This document shows positions 30,242 to 41,074 of a DNA stretch of 64,000 bases, piece after piece. Positions within the stretch are counted from its first letter, which is position 1. Each line of letters opens with the position of its first letter. The position numbers were made by a program, and so were the translations under genes. The stretch covers positions 128,001 to 192,000 of the forward strand of contig JAHHIM010000073.1 of the NCBI GenBank assembly GCA_019358915.1. The letters run 5' to 3'. The notes beneath the pieces are model-generated. The model saw only the letters and a program-made list of their open reading frames with translations, ran no database searches and was not told the DNA's origin. This DNA is from Trichormus sp. ATA11-4-KO1 (GTDB lineage: Bacteria; Cyanobacteriota; Cyanobacteriia; Cyanobacteriales; Nostocaceae).

Positions 30242-31210
30242 ATGAATAACATCACTGAGAGGCTAGAGAATTTCGCATTACCTTTGCCGATCTCCCAAGC
30301 AGCTCGCACCACGGCTCAGTTATTTGCCAACCAACAGCCAACTCCCGACAAAGCAGAGCAAGTCCGGCTGAATACTCTAGCTGTGTCAGTAGTCAATGAC
30401 TACTTGCAGATGATGGAAATTCCTACCGATTTGAAAATCAGTGATAGTTGGAACCTGATTATGCAACTCTGTGCCAATGTAGCTGATCTGGAAATCCCCT
30501 CACTAGGTCGTTTAGAGTGTCGTCCTGTGACTGTGGATCAACAGGTATGTGTGATTCCCCCAGAAGCTTGGCAAGAACGAGTGGGTTATGTGGTGGTACA
30601 AATTGATGAGTCACTCCATGAAGCACAGCTGCTAGGATTTATCCCAAGTGTCACAACTGAAACATTACCTTTAAGTCAACTCCAACCCCCAGAAGCATTA
30701 ATTGATTGTTTGGCGCAACTCAAAACTTCCCCAATCAAAACTTTGGTGAATTTGAGTCAGTGGGTTGTTGATCAATGTGAAGCTGGCTGGCAAACTTTGG
30801 AATCTTTACGGAACTCACTAGAATCTAGACCAGCTTATGCCTTTCGTAGTGCGGTAATGACTGACGAAACCTCTCAAGACCAAGCCGAAACAGTCACTAG
30901 ACGGGCAAAACTGATTGATTTGGGCATCCAAATAGTTGACCAACCCGTGATGTTAATTGTAGAAATTAACCCAGAAGCTAACCAAAAAACCAGTATTCGC
31001 TTACAGTTACACTCTACAGGTAATCAAATCTACCTGCCGACGGGAGTACAACTGAGAGTTTTAGATGAGTCGGGAGCGGTGTTTCTCGAAGCTTCTGCCA
31101 GAAGTGCTGACAATTATATACAATTACAATTTAAAGGTGAAATCCAAGAGCAGTTCAGCGTTCAGGTATCATTAGGTAATATGAGTATTACAGAACATTT
31201 TGTCATTTGA
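30242..31210 (+). CDS. DUF1822-family protein
   Basis: VRLNTLAV..V..YL, ADLEIP..GRLECRPV, NLSQW, DNYIQLQF.G..E.F pattern. Confidence 0.85.
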   Translation: MNNITERLENFALPLPISQAARTTAQLFANQQPTPDKAEQVRLNTLAVSVVNDYLQMMEIPTDLKISDSWNLIMQLCANVADLEIPSLGRLECRPVTVDQQVCVIPPEAWQERVGYVVVQIDESLHEAQLLGFIPSVTTETLPLSQLQPPEALIDCLAQLKTSPIKTLVNLSQWVVDQCEAGWQTLESLRNSLESRPAYAFRSAVMTDETSQDQAETVTRRAKLIDLGIQIVDQPVMLIVEINPEANQKTSIRLQLHSTGNQIYLPTGVQLRVLDESGAVFLEASARSADNYIQLQFKGEIQEQFSVQVSLGNMSITEHFVI

Positions 31211-31257
31211 AATACGCCAATTTTTAATCTTTGTCAGTAATACCAGTCTCAAAAGTC

Positions 31258-33564
31258 ATGGCTAAATTAGTGGTTTTGAAATTCGGAGACGGTAGTTTTG
31301 ACCAGGGGTTTACTGTCACTCTCCAGATAGGTGAAGAAAGCGATCGCCCGGCCACAGAAATCACGGGGAAACTGCCACCATCACCGGAAATGCCGCTTTA
31401 CTATCACCGTTGGCAATCTAGTTATTTACAGTTAGGCAATCGTTATCGTTTGGACGCTGACAAAATCCAAGTGACGAATGTGTCAATCACCCAAGACTGC
31501 CACAATATGTCCCATATTTTGCGGGCACGTTTTAACAGCTGGCTGCAAGCCGAAGAGTTTCGCCCCTTGCGGGAGAAATGGCTAGAAAAATTGTTGGCTA
31601 CAGACGAAATCCGCGTAATTTTACAATCAGAAAATAACCAATTACAAAGATTACCCTGGCATCTGTGGGACTTACTAGAACGCTACCCCAAGGCGGAAAT
31701 CGCACTTTCATCGCCAACGTACGATCGCGTTCTCAAACTACGTAACCCCAACCCAGTGGTAAATATTTTGGCAATTGTGGGTAATAGTCAGGGGATTGAT
31801 ACTCAGGCTGACCAAGCTCTATTACAAGAGTGCCCTAATGCCGATGTCAGCTTCATAGTAGAACCACAACGGCAGGAATTAACCGACCATCTTTGGGGAA
31901 AAAACTGGGATATTCTGTTTTTTGCTGGGCACAGTTCTAGTCAAGGACATGATGGTTGTGGGCGCATCTACTTGAATAAAACCGACAGTCTTAGTATCAG
32001 CGAATTAAAGTATGCCTTGAAACAAGCCATTGAACGGGGCTTACAATTGGCAATTTTCAACTCTTGTGATGGATTGGGTTTGGCGCGAGAATTAGCAGAT
32101 TTGCACATTCCCCAGATTATTGTCATGCGCGAACCTGTGCCAGACCAGGTAGCCAAGGAATTTTTAAAGTATTTTTTAGCCGGGTTTGCCAATGGTAAAT
32201 CTTTATATCAAGCAGTACGACAAGCGCGGGAACGGTTGCAAGGTATCGAGGATCAATTTCCTTGTGCAACTTGGCTACCCATCATTTGCCAAAATCCAGC
32301 ACAGATACCACTCACTTGGCAAGAGCTAATCCGCACCCAGAAGCCAGACATTCCCAGTTCATCTCTGTTCCGCAAACCTGGATTGCCAGGGGCTTTGATA
32401 TCTAGCCTGGCAATTACGGCCTTAATTTGTGGGATAAAATTTTTCGGAATGCTCCAAAATATCGAACTACAAGCTTATGACCAGATGATGCGATCGCGTC
32501 CTGATGAAGGAACTGATCATCGCCTACTGGTAGTGACAATTGATGATACAGATTTGGCCAATCAACGACGTAATCATGAGTCGTTAAAAGGAACTTCACT
32601 CTCGGAAGTATCTTTAAATAAATTATTAGTAAAACTCAAACAGTACCAACCCCTGGCCATAGGTTTAGATATCTATCGTGATTTTCCTGCTGAACAGCAA
32701 GATTTAATCTCTCGTCTCCAAGAAACTGACAACTTGATTGGAGTTTGTAAGGGTAGTGATATCACAGCTAATACCAAAGGCATTGAACCACCACCAGAAA
32801 TTCCCCCAGAACGCTTGGGATTCAGTGATTTTGTTCATGATCCTGATGGCGTTGTGCGTCGGCATCTTTTATATATGAACCAGGAGACAGCATCTTTGTG
32901 TTCTGCTGCCTATGCACTGAGTTCACAACTGGCATTCCGTTATCTATCCTCCTTGGGAATGCAACCAAAGTTTACTTCTCAAAATCATTTGCAACTAGAT
33001 CAGACTGTTTTTGCTCGCCTTTCAACTCGTGCTGGTGGCTATCAAGGCATCGATGCCAATGGAGGTCAAGTCTTGCTCAACTACCGTTCCTCAAAAAATA
33101 TTGCCGAACAGGTGTCACTCACCCAACTTTTGTCTAATCCCATCAATCCCGGAGCCATTAAAAACCGCATTGTATTGATCGGTGTGGTAGCAAAGGGAGA
33201 TTTTCCCGACTACTGGGCGACACCTTACGGAAGTAGGTTAGATGAGCAAATGCCAGGAGTACTGGTACACGCCCATATGGTGAGCCAAATTCTTAGTGCC
33301 GTCTTGGATGGGCGACCATTGATGCAGGTTTGGTCACCGTGGGTTGAGGTGATGTGGATTTGGAGTTGGTCTGTAGTAGGAGGTGTAATTGCTTGGCAGT
33401 GGCGTTTACTCCCCAAATTGTCCTTGGGAGTTGGTATTACTTTTGGGGTTTTATATTTACTCTGCTTTAGTCTTTTAATTTGGGGTTTTTGGGTACCGTT
33501 TATTCCCTCAGCTTTGTCATTGGTGGCAACTGCTGGTGTGACATCAAGATTCAATAAGCAATAA
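31258..33564 (+). CDS. CHAT-CHASE2 membrane protein
   Basis: N-terminal CHAT (FFAGHS; FNSCDG), TM, CHASE2 (GLDIYRD, DPDGVVRR, PGV.VHA), three C-terminal TMs. Confidence 0.88.
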   Translation: MAKLVVLKFGDGSFDQGFTVTLQIGEESDRPATEITGKLPPSPEMPLYYHRWQSSYLQLGNRYRLDADKIQVTNVSITQDCHNMSHILRARFNSWLQAEEFRPLREKWLEKLLATDEIRVILQSENNQLQRLPWHLWDLLERYPKAEIALSSPTYDRVLKLRNPNPVVNILAIVGNSQGIDTQADQALLQECPNADVSFIVEPQRQELTDHLWGKNWDILFFAGHSSSQGHDGCGRIYLNKTDSLSISELKYALKQAIERGLQLAIFNSCDGLGLARELADLHIPQIIVMREPVPDQVAKEFLKYFLAGFANGKSLYQAVRQARERLQGIEDQFPCATWLPIICQNPAQIPLTWQELIRTQKPDIPSSSLFRKPGLPGALISSLAITALICGIKFFGMLQNIELQAYDQMMRSRPDEGTDHRLLVVTIDDTDLANQRRNHESLKGTSLSEVSLNKLLVKLKQYQPLAIGLDIYRDFPAEQQDLISRLQETDNLIGVCKGSDITANTKGIEPPPEIPPERLGFSDFVHDPDGVVRRHLLYMNQETASLCSAAYALSSQLAFRYLSSLGMQPKFTSQNHLQLDQTVFARLSTRAGGYQGIDANGGQVLLNYRSSKNIAEQVSLTQLLSNPINPGAIKNRIVLIGVVAKGDFPDYWATPYGSRLDEQMPGVLVHAHMVSQILSAVLDGRPLMQVWSPWVEVMWIWSWSVVGGVIAWQWRLLPKLSLGVGITFGVLYLLCFSLLIWGFWVPFIPSALSLVATAGVTSRFNKQ

Positions 33565-33585
33565 ACATTAACCTGAGAAATTATT

Positions 33586-34380
33586 ATGAATTCAATTTCA
33601 CAACCGATAAAACTATTTTTAGTGTTAGCTCTTAGCTACACAGGATTTCTAACTAACCAAACTTTGGGACTGGCAACACCAGCACCCATCAAAACTAATC
33701 CTCAAACTCTCAGCTTTTCTCCACCCTCACCTCCACCAGATCCCCCTCCTGGAGGACGCGTCCGGGGGGGAGCAAGGCGAGATACTTGTCCACAGGTCAA
33801 ACCCGAACTCACAGCTTTAGTGCCCTCTACCTCTACTCAAGCATCTCCTTCAGTGACCAATGTTTGGGGATTGGCAACAAAGCCACATCCTACTTTATGG
33901 TTCTATGTGCCATATACCAAAGCTCTGGCTTATCCGACGGAATTTGTGTTGCAAGATGAGGAATCAAGTCCAATTTATCAGCAAGCGATCGCTCTACCAG
34001 ATCAACCAGGGGTGATCAGTGTTTCTTTGCCTACCAACGCTCTCCCGTTAACTTTGTCAAACCAATACCGTTGGTTTTTGACTATCAACTGTGACCAGAT
34101 AAAGCAATCTCCGCCTGCTCCTCCTGTTTATGTTGAAGGAGTGATCAAACGCGTCAAACTCAATCAGGCAACTACTGAGCAGTTACAAACAGCAACTCCG
34201 CTACAGCAGGTTGCCATCTATGCCCAAAATGGCATTTGGCATGAGGCACTAACTACTCTGGCCGAACTACGTCAGCAAAATCCTCAAGATGCAGTACTGC
34301 AAGCACAATGGAGAGATTTATTAGCCAGCATCGGCTTGGATGATATTGCCGAGGAACCTATTGTTTCAGGAAAACCTTAG
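33586..34380 (+). CDS. DUF928-family exported protein
   Basis: Signal peptide, GG..RGGARR.C, PTLWFYVPY, YRW, YAQNGIWHEAL, W.DLL.SIGL. Confidence 0.88.
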   Translation: MNSISQPIKLFLVLALSYTGFLTNQTLGLATPAPIKTNPQTLSFSPPSPPPDPPPGGRVRGGARRDTCPQVKPELTALVPSTSTQASPSVTNVWGLATKPHPTLWFYVPYTKALAYPTEFVLQDEESSPIYQQAIALPDQPGVISVSLPTNALPLTLSNQYRWFLTINCDQIKQSPPAPPVYVEGVIKRVKLNQATTEQLQTATPLQQVAIYAQNGIWHEALTTLAELRQQNPQDAVLQAQWRDLLASIGLDDIAEEPIVSGKP

Positions 34381-34605
34381 GGTGATTCAAACTGTTGTTA
34401 TGAGGCAGGCCCAAGCCATGCCTCTATGCTTTTTACCTTACTCAGTGCTGAGTGCTGAGTAATAACAAGAGGAAGGAAACACTTTCACACTCGGTAAATG
34501 CCCCACCCCTTGTATTTCCGGGCGGGCAAGACTTCGGCGTGAGCGCTCAGTCGATAGCTTGCGTGGCGAAGCCATACGCTGCCCACCCTTGATTCAGCAA
34601 CACCT

Positions 34606-34653
34606 ATTTTTCAATGCAGAGATTTATAAAATGATATCTCTGCATTGAAAAAT
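34606..34653. terminator. Bidirectional terminator hairpin
   Basis: Perfect 18-bp stem ATTTTTCAATGCAGAGAT/ATCTCTGCATTGAAAAAT between convergent genes. Confidence 0.7.
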
Positions 34654-34655
34654 TC

Positions 34656-36563
34656 TTAAATTGTGCCGATTTCTTTTAAATAGACTCTATTGAATAATTC
34701 ATCTTCTCCTAAAGTGTAGTCTTCAATTAATCCTTGACGGCGGATAGAAATATCGTTGTCTTTTTTGATGATGATTGTAGAACCATCAAAAACATCCCGG
34801 ACTAACATCATTTCTGTTTCCGTGGGATTGTGCAAAACTACCATATTACTACCTTGGTAAAACATCCCTTGCTCCTCCAGGATGTTTTCCTCATACTCGG
34901 CAATCAGCAAATCAAGTTTTGGATGGCGCAGCAGAGTTCGCACGTTGCTATTGTAATCTTTGTGTAATAATTTTTTCGCTCGATTGACAAAAACTGCGTC
35001 ATGGCAAACAGCACCTATTGTCCAATCAGGATGTTGCGACAAAATATAATCTATGGTTTCTTGCAGTTCCTCAACTGAAATTTTATTAAAGGTAATAATC
35101 GGTATTCTGGCATTGACACCGGACGCAAAAAAAGTTTCTAAGATATGGGAAGGGACATCAACACTGTCACCAACAGCAGGGTTAAGATGCATTAAAATTC
35201 CCGGTGCGGCGTTGATTTCCAAAATGGCAAAGTTACCCGACTTCCATGATTCTGAGAGGTTTTCGGCAATGACATCAATACCAAGACAAGTGAGTCGAAA
35301 GTGTTGGGCAATGTCTTGCGCCAAGATAATATTGTCATGATGAATTGTGGGGGTAGCATCGATGCTGATACCTCCAGCCGAAAGATTGGCAACTTTGCGC
35401 AGATAAACAGTACGTCCTTTCTTGATTACACTGTCTAATGATAAACCTTGTTCGTACAGGTAAAGTTCCATCGCCTCATCGCACTGAATCTTAGTCATTG
35501 GTGAGGTGGGTGTATCCAAACGTGCGGATTTGCGATTTTCTTGGCGAATTAACTCTGCAATAGTTAAATATCCATCACCTACAACCGATGCGGGACGGCG
35601 TTCAGTGGCGGCGACAAATTTGCCATCAACACACAGTAAGCGAAAATCTGTGCCTGAAATGCTTTTCTCAACGATTATCCGTATTGGCTGATCTTCAGGA
35701 ATTGCTGCTAGTGCCCTACCATAGGCAGATTCTAGTTCTCTTGAGTCTTGTACGCCAGCCGTGACACCAATTCCTTTGTGACCGACTACAGGCTTAACTG
35801 CTACTGGGTAACGAATTTCTTTAGCTACTGCTAAGGCTTCTTTTTCAGAAAAAACGATATCACCTTCTGGTATTGGTAAACCCAAAGTTTGCAAAAATAT
35901 TTTGCAGTCATCTTTGCGGGTGGTGAAATCTGAATCTAAATGGCTATCACAATCAAAAGTTGTGGCAACACCACGAACTTGTTTTTTGCCGTAGCCATAT
36001 TGCATTAGTCCTTCGTCCCATAGGTAAAAGGTGGGAATACCTTTTTCGCAGGCTGTTCGCAACAAGGCGTAAACTGTGGGGCCACCATAGACAGACTGGC
36101 GGAATTGCTTTTGTAAGGTCAGCAGTTCCTCATCAAAGTAAAAGTCTTGGTCTTGGGTTATGGCTTCAAACCAATCCCAAACGAAGTAAACTACTGCTCT
36201 AGTGGTGCGTTCATGCAAAGATTGGACGCTAATCCGCGCATAATTTGGATATGGCTTGACATTCCAACGGTTGAGATGTAATTCCATATCTAGCTTGCCC
36301 ACTTCTGACACTAATTGGGCAAACAAATGGGCATGGGACTCGTATGTTTGTTCGCTCAAATGTGGATAGCGATCGCCTATGCTGGAAATGTAATCTGCGA
36401 TGGCTAGTGGCTTTCTATACTCGATCAGAGCGAAATCAAATACTAGTGCTCCTGTATCCAAATAAGGGTTAGGCCCAAGGTAATGCTTGAAGTTGAAAAT
36501 ATCGAACACATCGGTTTTTCTAGCATTAATGCGGACTAAATCGCTGCTTTTTTCTTGAGCCAT
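34656..36563 (-). CDS. cphA2: Cyanophycin synthetase 2
   Basis: 635 aa, ATP-grasp (VAVKP..GHKG.GV, EINAAPG), shortened C-terminal domain; divergent from a cyanophycinase. Confidence 0.88.
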   Translation of the reverse strand: MAQEKSSDLVRINARKTDVFDIFNFKHYLGPNPYLDTGALVFDFALIEYRKPLAIADYISSIGDRYPHLSEQTYESHAHLFAQLVSEVGKLDMELHLNRWNVKPYPNYARISVQSLHERTTRAVVYFVWDWFEAITQDQDFYFDEELLTLQKQFRQSVYGGPTVYALLRTACEKGIPTFYLWDEGLMQYGYGKKQVRGVATTFDCDSHLDSDFTTRKDDCKIFLQTLGLPIPEGDIVFSEKEALAVAKEIRYPVAVKPVVGHKGIGVTAGVQDSRELESAYGRALAAIPEDQPIRIIVEKSISGTDFRLLCVDGKFVAATERRPASVVGDGYLTIAELIRQENRKSARLDTPTSPMTKIQCDEAMELYLYEQGLSLDSVIKKGRTVYLRKVANLSAGGISIDATPTIHHDNIILAQDIAQHFRLTCLGIDVIAENLSESWKSGNFAILEINAAPGILMHLNPAVGDSVDVPSHILETFFASGVNARIPIITFNKISVEELQETIDYILSQHPDWTIGAVCHDAVFVNRAKKLLHKDYNSNVRTLLRHPKLDLLIAEYEENILEEQGMFYQGSNMVVLHNPTETEMMLVRDVFDGSTIIIKKDNDISIRRQGLIEDYTLGEDELFNRVYLKEIGTI

Positions 36564-36856
36564 TGATGATAAATCCTCGGCTAAACACCCTAATTTAGAC
36601 TTATCGATTATAAATGAATTTACAACAGAATTTGGGTAGCATTTAGTTTGTTTTTACCCTAATTTGGCCTAGCATAACTTGATTGCTGGGCATTTTCAAC
36701 CATCCCTTGGCATAATTAAATCGCCATTACTCAGAAAACAAAAAATATTCATCCTACAAGCGCTATAAATCAGCAAAAATATAACTTTTGAAAGGTGAAA
36801 TACTGTGCCAAAATCTATAAATTAGGATGAATTAGGTTTCGAGAAGACAGCAGAGT

Positions 36857-37060
36857 ATGAATAGCACACAAGCTGCTCTTAGAGATGAAGTGCGGCAACT
36901 TGCCGAAGAAGCTTTTCATCGCAAGTTGATTTCTGGTCATGGAGATGGGCCAGACATCAATGAGTATCAAATTGTCTACCAGGGCAAGCCCAGGCATATT
37001 CCTCTAGAGCAAGCACGTTTTTTCTTAATTAACTTGCTTTACAGGAGCCGGATTGGTTAG
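36857..37060 (+). CDS. Small hypothetical protein
   Basis: 67-aa ORF between cphA2 and cphB2. Confidence 0.65.
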   Translation: MNSTQAALRDEVRQLAEEAFHRKLISGHGDGPDINEYQIVYQGKPRHIPLEQARFFLINLLYRSRIG

Positions 37061-37282
37061 ATATTCTCTGTTCAAGCTAGGACTGGAGAATATTCAATTA
37101 CATTTAGTCAAAAGTGTAAATTTGGTAACTGGTAATTCTGCAAGGAGATGACTGATTAACCATGAGCAATTTCTGAGAATACCAGTATAAATATACACTT
37201 ACCAACTTGAATACAAATAACAAGGCCTCTAGAGGTATTATCTAGAGGTTGTTGAATGATGAGGTCTAATCTCAATGTTATC

Positions 37283-37386
37283 AAGAAAGGCAGAGGGCAG
37301 TCCCTAGTCCCTCTTTCATACTTGGCTGTGAAACTCGTTTCATTGGGACTGCCCTCTGCCTCCTGCCTCCTGCCTCCTGCCTTCTT
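37283..37386. repeat. Inverted-repeat element with CTGCCTC heptamers
   Basis: 17-bp stem AGGCAGAGGGCAGTCCC (37288-37304)/GGGACTGCCCTCTGCCT (37345-37361), then CCTGCCT repeats. Confidence 0.65.
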
Positions 37387-37509
37387 CAATAATTACTTAG
37401 CTTGTTCTTAATCTTTTATTTTCTGCTGTAATCTACCAAACGGATGATTTTATGGGTCTAATTGTCATGCTTTATTGAAATTAAATAATTTAAATTATCA
37501 GGAGTGATC

Positions 37510-38364
37510 ATGACGGACAGTACAACCAAACGCCAACTGGTGATTATTGGGGGAGCTGAAGATAAAGATGGAGAGTCACAAATTCTGCGGGAGTTTGTGC
37601 GCCGGGCTGGGGGCATAAAATCCAAAATTGTGATTATGACAGCTGCGGCAGAACTACCAAGGGATGTGGGAGATAATTACATTCGAGTATTTGAGCGTTT
37701 AGGATGTGAAGAAGTTCGCATAGTTGACACAGAAACTCGTGATGATGCATCTTCATCCACAGCATTGGAGGCGATCGCCAAGGCAACTGGTATATTTTTT
37801 ACTGGGGGAGACCAAGCTCGCATCACTAGCATCCTCAAAGATACTGAACTGGATGTAGCAATTCACAAACGATTCTCGGAAGGTATGGTTGTAGCAGGCA
37901 CAAGTGCGGGAGCAGCTGTGATGCCGGATAAAATGATTATGGAAGGCGACGCCCAAACTCATCCGCGCATGGAAATTGTAGAGATGGGGCCAGGTCTTGG
38001 TTTTCTGCCAGGAGTAGTAATTGACCAGCATTTCTCCCAGCGCGGACGCTTAGGACGTTTAATTTCAGCTTTAGTCCAAGAACCTGCTGGATTAGGATTT
38101 GGCATTGATGAAAATACCGCAATGGTAGTGACCGATAGCCAAATTGAAGTGATTGGGCAAGGTTCAGTGACGATTATTGATGAGTCAGAAGCTACATATA
38201 ATAATATGGGCGAAATTTTGAAAGATGAGCCGTTGGCAATTTTTGGAGCAAAGCTGCATATCTTACCACATGGCTATAAATTTGATCTAAAAACCCGTCA
38301 GCCTATCTTGAATCAAAGCACTGGGGCAAATATATCTGTGCCAGTTAGTTCAACAAACACCTAA
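37510..38364 (+). CDS. cphB2: Cyanophycinase
   Basis: IIGGAED, FTGGDQ, GTSAGA (Ser nucleophile), DQHF, GIDE. Confidence 0.92.
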   Translation: MTDSTTKRQLVIIGGAEDKDGESQILREFVRRAGGIKSKIVIMTAAAELPRDVGDNYIRVFERLGCEEVRIVDTETRDDASSSTALEAIAKATGIFFTGGDQARITSILKDTELDVAIHKRFSEGMVVAGTSAGAAVMPDKMIMEGDAQTHPRMEIVEMGPGLGFLPGVVIDQHFSQRGRLGRLISALVQEPAGLGFGIDENTAMVVTDSQIEVIGQGSVTIIDESEATYNNMGEILKDEPLAIFGAKLHILPHGYKFDLKTRQPILNQSTGANISVPVSSTNT

Positions 38365-38560
38365 TTTTTAGCAGTTACAAATTAATTGATTAGGAAGTCA
38401 ATAGTTGGTGACTAGTCAGGATTTTTGAGTAAATATTCCCCAACTTTCCCTGAAAAATAGGCTATGGTAGCCCCTTTTTTCAGGGGGGAAAGTTGGCGAT
38501 CGCATTTTTAATTCCCTCGCTAAAATATAAATTTAAAGAAGTAGTTTAGTAGCTGAAAAA

Positions 38561-39016
38561 GTGCGAAAAATCATATTTTACGTATTATTTTTACTTGGCT
38601 TATTGGGGATTCTGGGATTTTCTTATATTTCTGCTTACATTTCGGAGAAACCGCCTTTAGTTAGTTGTCGCCAAGGGGCATTTAATTCATCACCAGGGGA
38701 AAAATACTACGCATATCCTGAAAAGCTAGTGGTTCAACCTTGGCGTGGGCCACATCATGTTTACGCTATATTTATGATTCCTAGTGGATATAGAAGTGAT
38801 GGTTTATTCACAGTATCAATATCTGGAACTCAAACTTACTGCGGACAATATATAAATAGTGGCAAGATTACTTCTGGAGTTGATGAGCCAAAATATTACA
38901 CCATGATGAGGGGTTATTTAAACACTCGAATTGCTCTGAGGTTAATTGCTCAAGGTAATATAAATCAGTTAAAGCAACCATTTAACTGGAGATTAGGTTA
39001 TGTCAAACGGAAATGA
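38561..39016 (+). CDS. Hypothetical protein with N-terminal membrane anchor
   Basis: 151-aa ORF, N-terminal TM. Confidence 0.7.
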   Translation: MRKIIFYVLFLLGLLGILGFSYISAYISEKPPLVSCRQGAFNSSPGEKYYAYPEKLVVQPWRGPHHVYAIFMIPSGYRSDGLFTVSISGTQTYCGQYINSGKITSGVDEPKYYTMMRGYLNTRIALRLIAQGNINQLKQPFNWRLGYVKRK

Positions 39017-39023
39017 AGAGTAT

Positions 39024-39049
39024 TGAGTGCTGAGTGCTGAGTGCTGAGT
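39024..39049. repeat. GTGCTGA heptamer array
   Basis: TGAGTGCTGAGTGCTGAGTGCTGAGT. Confidence 0.75.
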
Positions 39050-39129
39050 TAGAAGAATAATACTCAGGACTCTCGCACTTGGTACAAGCCCCGCCCAGCA
39101 CGGCTGACCGCAGGGCTTTACAGCACTTT

Positions 39130-40440
39130 TCATCTTTCCACTTCATCTACTGCCTTGGGAACCCCAGCAGTTAATACCTCATGACCATCAGGTGTGACTA
39201 AAACATCATCTTCAATCCGAATGCCAATACCAACCCAGCGTGAATCAGTTTCTGGTTGGTCTTCTGCTAGTTTAGTATCGGGGACAATATAAAGTCCTGG
39301 TTCCACTGTCAGCACTTGACCTGGTTGCAAAATCTGCGGTTTATCTTCACCATGCTGATAAACACCGACATCATGGACATCTAAACCTAACCAATGACTG
39401 GTGCGGTGCATATAATATGGCTTGTATTTTTCTTCTTCAATTAACTTGTCAATTTCACCTTTGAGGATACCAACTTCAACTAAACCCTCTGTGAGTACAC
39501 GGACTGCTGTCTCATGAATTGAGTTAAAACTGTTACCTGGTTTTACTTGAGCGATCGCCTGTTGTTGTGCCTCTAAAACAATTTCATACAGCACCTTTTG
39601 CTCTGGTGTAAATTTACCTCCCACCGGAAATGTCCGTGTAATATCAGAGTTGTAATAACCATAAGCGCAACCAGCATCAATTAGCAGCAACTCTTGCTCC
39701 TGCATCTGGCGATGATTCTCGATGTAGTGTAGTACACAGGCATTAGCGCCGGAAGCCACAATCGAAGGATAAGCTGGCCCCATACCACCCCGCAGCCGAA
39801 AAATGTGTTCTATCTCCGCCTGGATTTCGTATTCATAGCGTCCGGGTGCAGAAACTTTCAGGGCGTAATTGTGCGCTTCCACAGCGATCACCGCAGCTTG
39901 ACGCATCAAAGCTAACTCAGCTGCGCTTTTTACCAATCTCATGCTGTGGATCACGGTTCCCGTATCTTCTATAGCAACTGGGCCTGTGCCACGCTTGGGA
40001 TACGTCCGCAGTAAACTTTGGTAATGTCCGAGAATTGTGTCATTAAAACTGCGATCGCGTCCTAAATGATAGTAAATGCGATCGGCTTTTTCCAAATACT
40101 GCGGCAACTTTTCATCTAGTTCCGTAATGGGGTAAGCTGCATCCGCACCATAAATTTCCTTCGCTGCATCTACCCCACAGCGATAACCAGTCCAAACTTC
40201 CTGCTCTCGCTCCTTTGGTTGGACAAACAACACAAATCGATGTTCTGCATGGTGTGGCGCTAACACTGCTACCGCTTGCGGTTCATTAAAGCCAGTCAAA
40301 TAGAAAAAATCACTGTCTTGGCGATAAGCATATTCAACATCATTGTGCATCACTGCCATTGGCGCACTGCGAAAAATAGCAGTAGCGTTACCAATTTTTG
40401 CCATTAATTGTTCCCGGCGCTGCTGATATTCTGCTTGCAT
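39130..40440 (-). CDS. pepP: Xaa-Pro aminopeptidase (aminopeptidase P)
   Basis: RQDSDFFYLTG, IDAG, SDITRT, HWLGLDVHD, EPGLY, GIRIEDD. Confidence 0.95.
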   Translation of the reverse strand: MQAEYQQRREQLMAKIGNATAIFRSAPMAVMHNDVEYAYRQDSDFFYLTGFNEPQAVAVLAPHHAEHRFVLFVQPKEREQEVWTGYRCGVDAAKEIYGADAAYPITELDEKLPQYLEKADRIYYHLGRDRSFNDTILGHYQSLLRTYPKRGTGPVAIEDTGTVIHSMRLVKSAAELALMRQAAVIAVEAHNYALKVSAPGRYEYEIQAEIEHIFRLRGGMGPAYPSIVASGANACVLHYIENHRQMQEQELLLIDAGCAYGYYNSDITRTFPVGGKFTPEQKVLYEIVLEAQQQAIAQVKPGNSFNSIHETAVRVLTEGLVEVGILKGEIDKLIEEEKYKPYYMHRTSHWLGLDVHDVGVYQHGEDKPQILQPGQVLTVEPGLYIVPDTKLAEDQPETDSRWVGIGIRIEDDVLVTPDGHEVLTAGVPKAVDEVER

Positions 40441-41074
40441 AGCTAATCAATTTTATAGAATTATTGTGTTATTTTACACTTTACTAAACTGTAGGCGATA
40501 AAGATCATGCTTTTCAGTAGTCACTCATTTAAGTTATTTTAGCCAATATTTATTTCATCTCCAGTACTTCTGCTAAAAGTCTGTAGTTATACCAATTTTT
40601 TATTAACTTATACTTAACGAGTATTCCTCTTTCCCTTGGCGAAGTTGGCGTTTTTTTATTAAGTGCATCTTCATTGAGGATTTAATATTACTTATTACTT
40701 AAGAAAACGTCATCAACAATTAGATGGCAATTTCCCTGATGAATATAAAGGTGTGAAATATTACATTTTTTGAAATCAATATGTGATTTAAACTTAACAC
40801 TTTTAGTGAAAAATCAACATAAAAATCAGGATTTTTGTCTATAAATCCTGACATATACGAAATTTAAAATCAATTTATTGGAAATTGATTGAAACTGACT
40901 TGAAATTTAAATACAAATCATTTATTAAGCCAAAAAGTGTATACAAAGAATGACATTTAACAAAAACAAATGCTTATGAAAAAATATTTAAACAAGAATA
41001 AATGTTTTTTAATTACAGAAATAGCTGTCAGAAAAGAGCTAAAACTTTTATGACAACCAGCCATAAAAAACACC

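Noticed and set aside
37156..37389. 77-aa minus-strand ORF
   Set aside because: Begins inside the CTGCCTC repeat element; no recognisable protein features.
36564..37509. NtcA site (GTA-N8-TAC) for the cph genes
   Set aside because: No convincing match found by eye.
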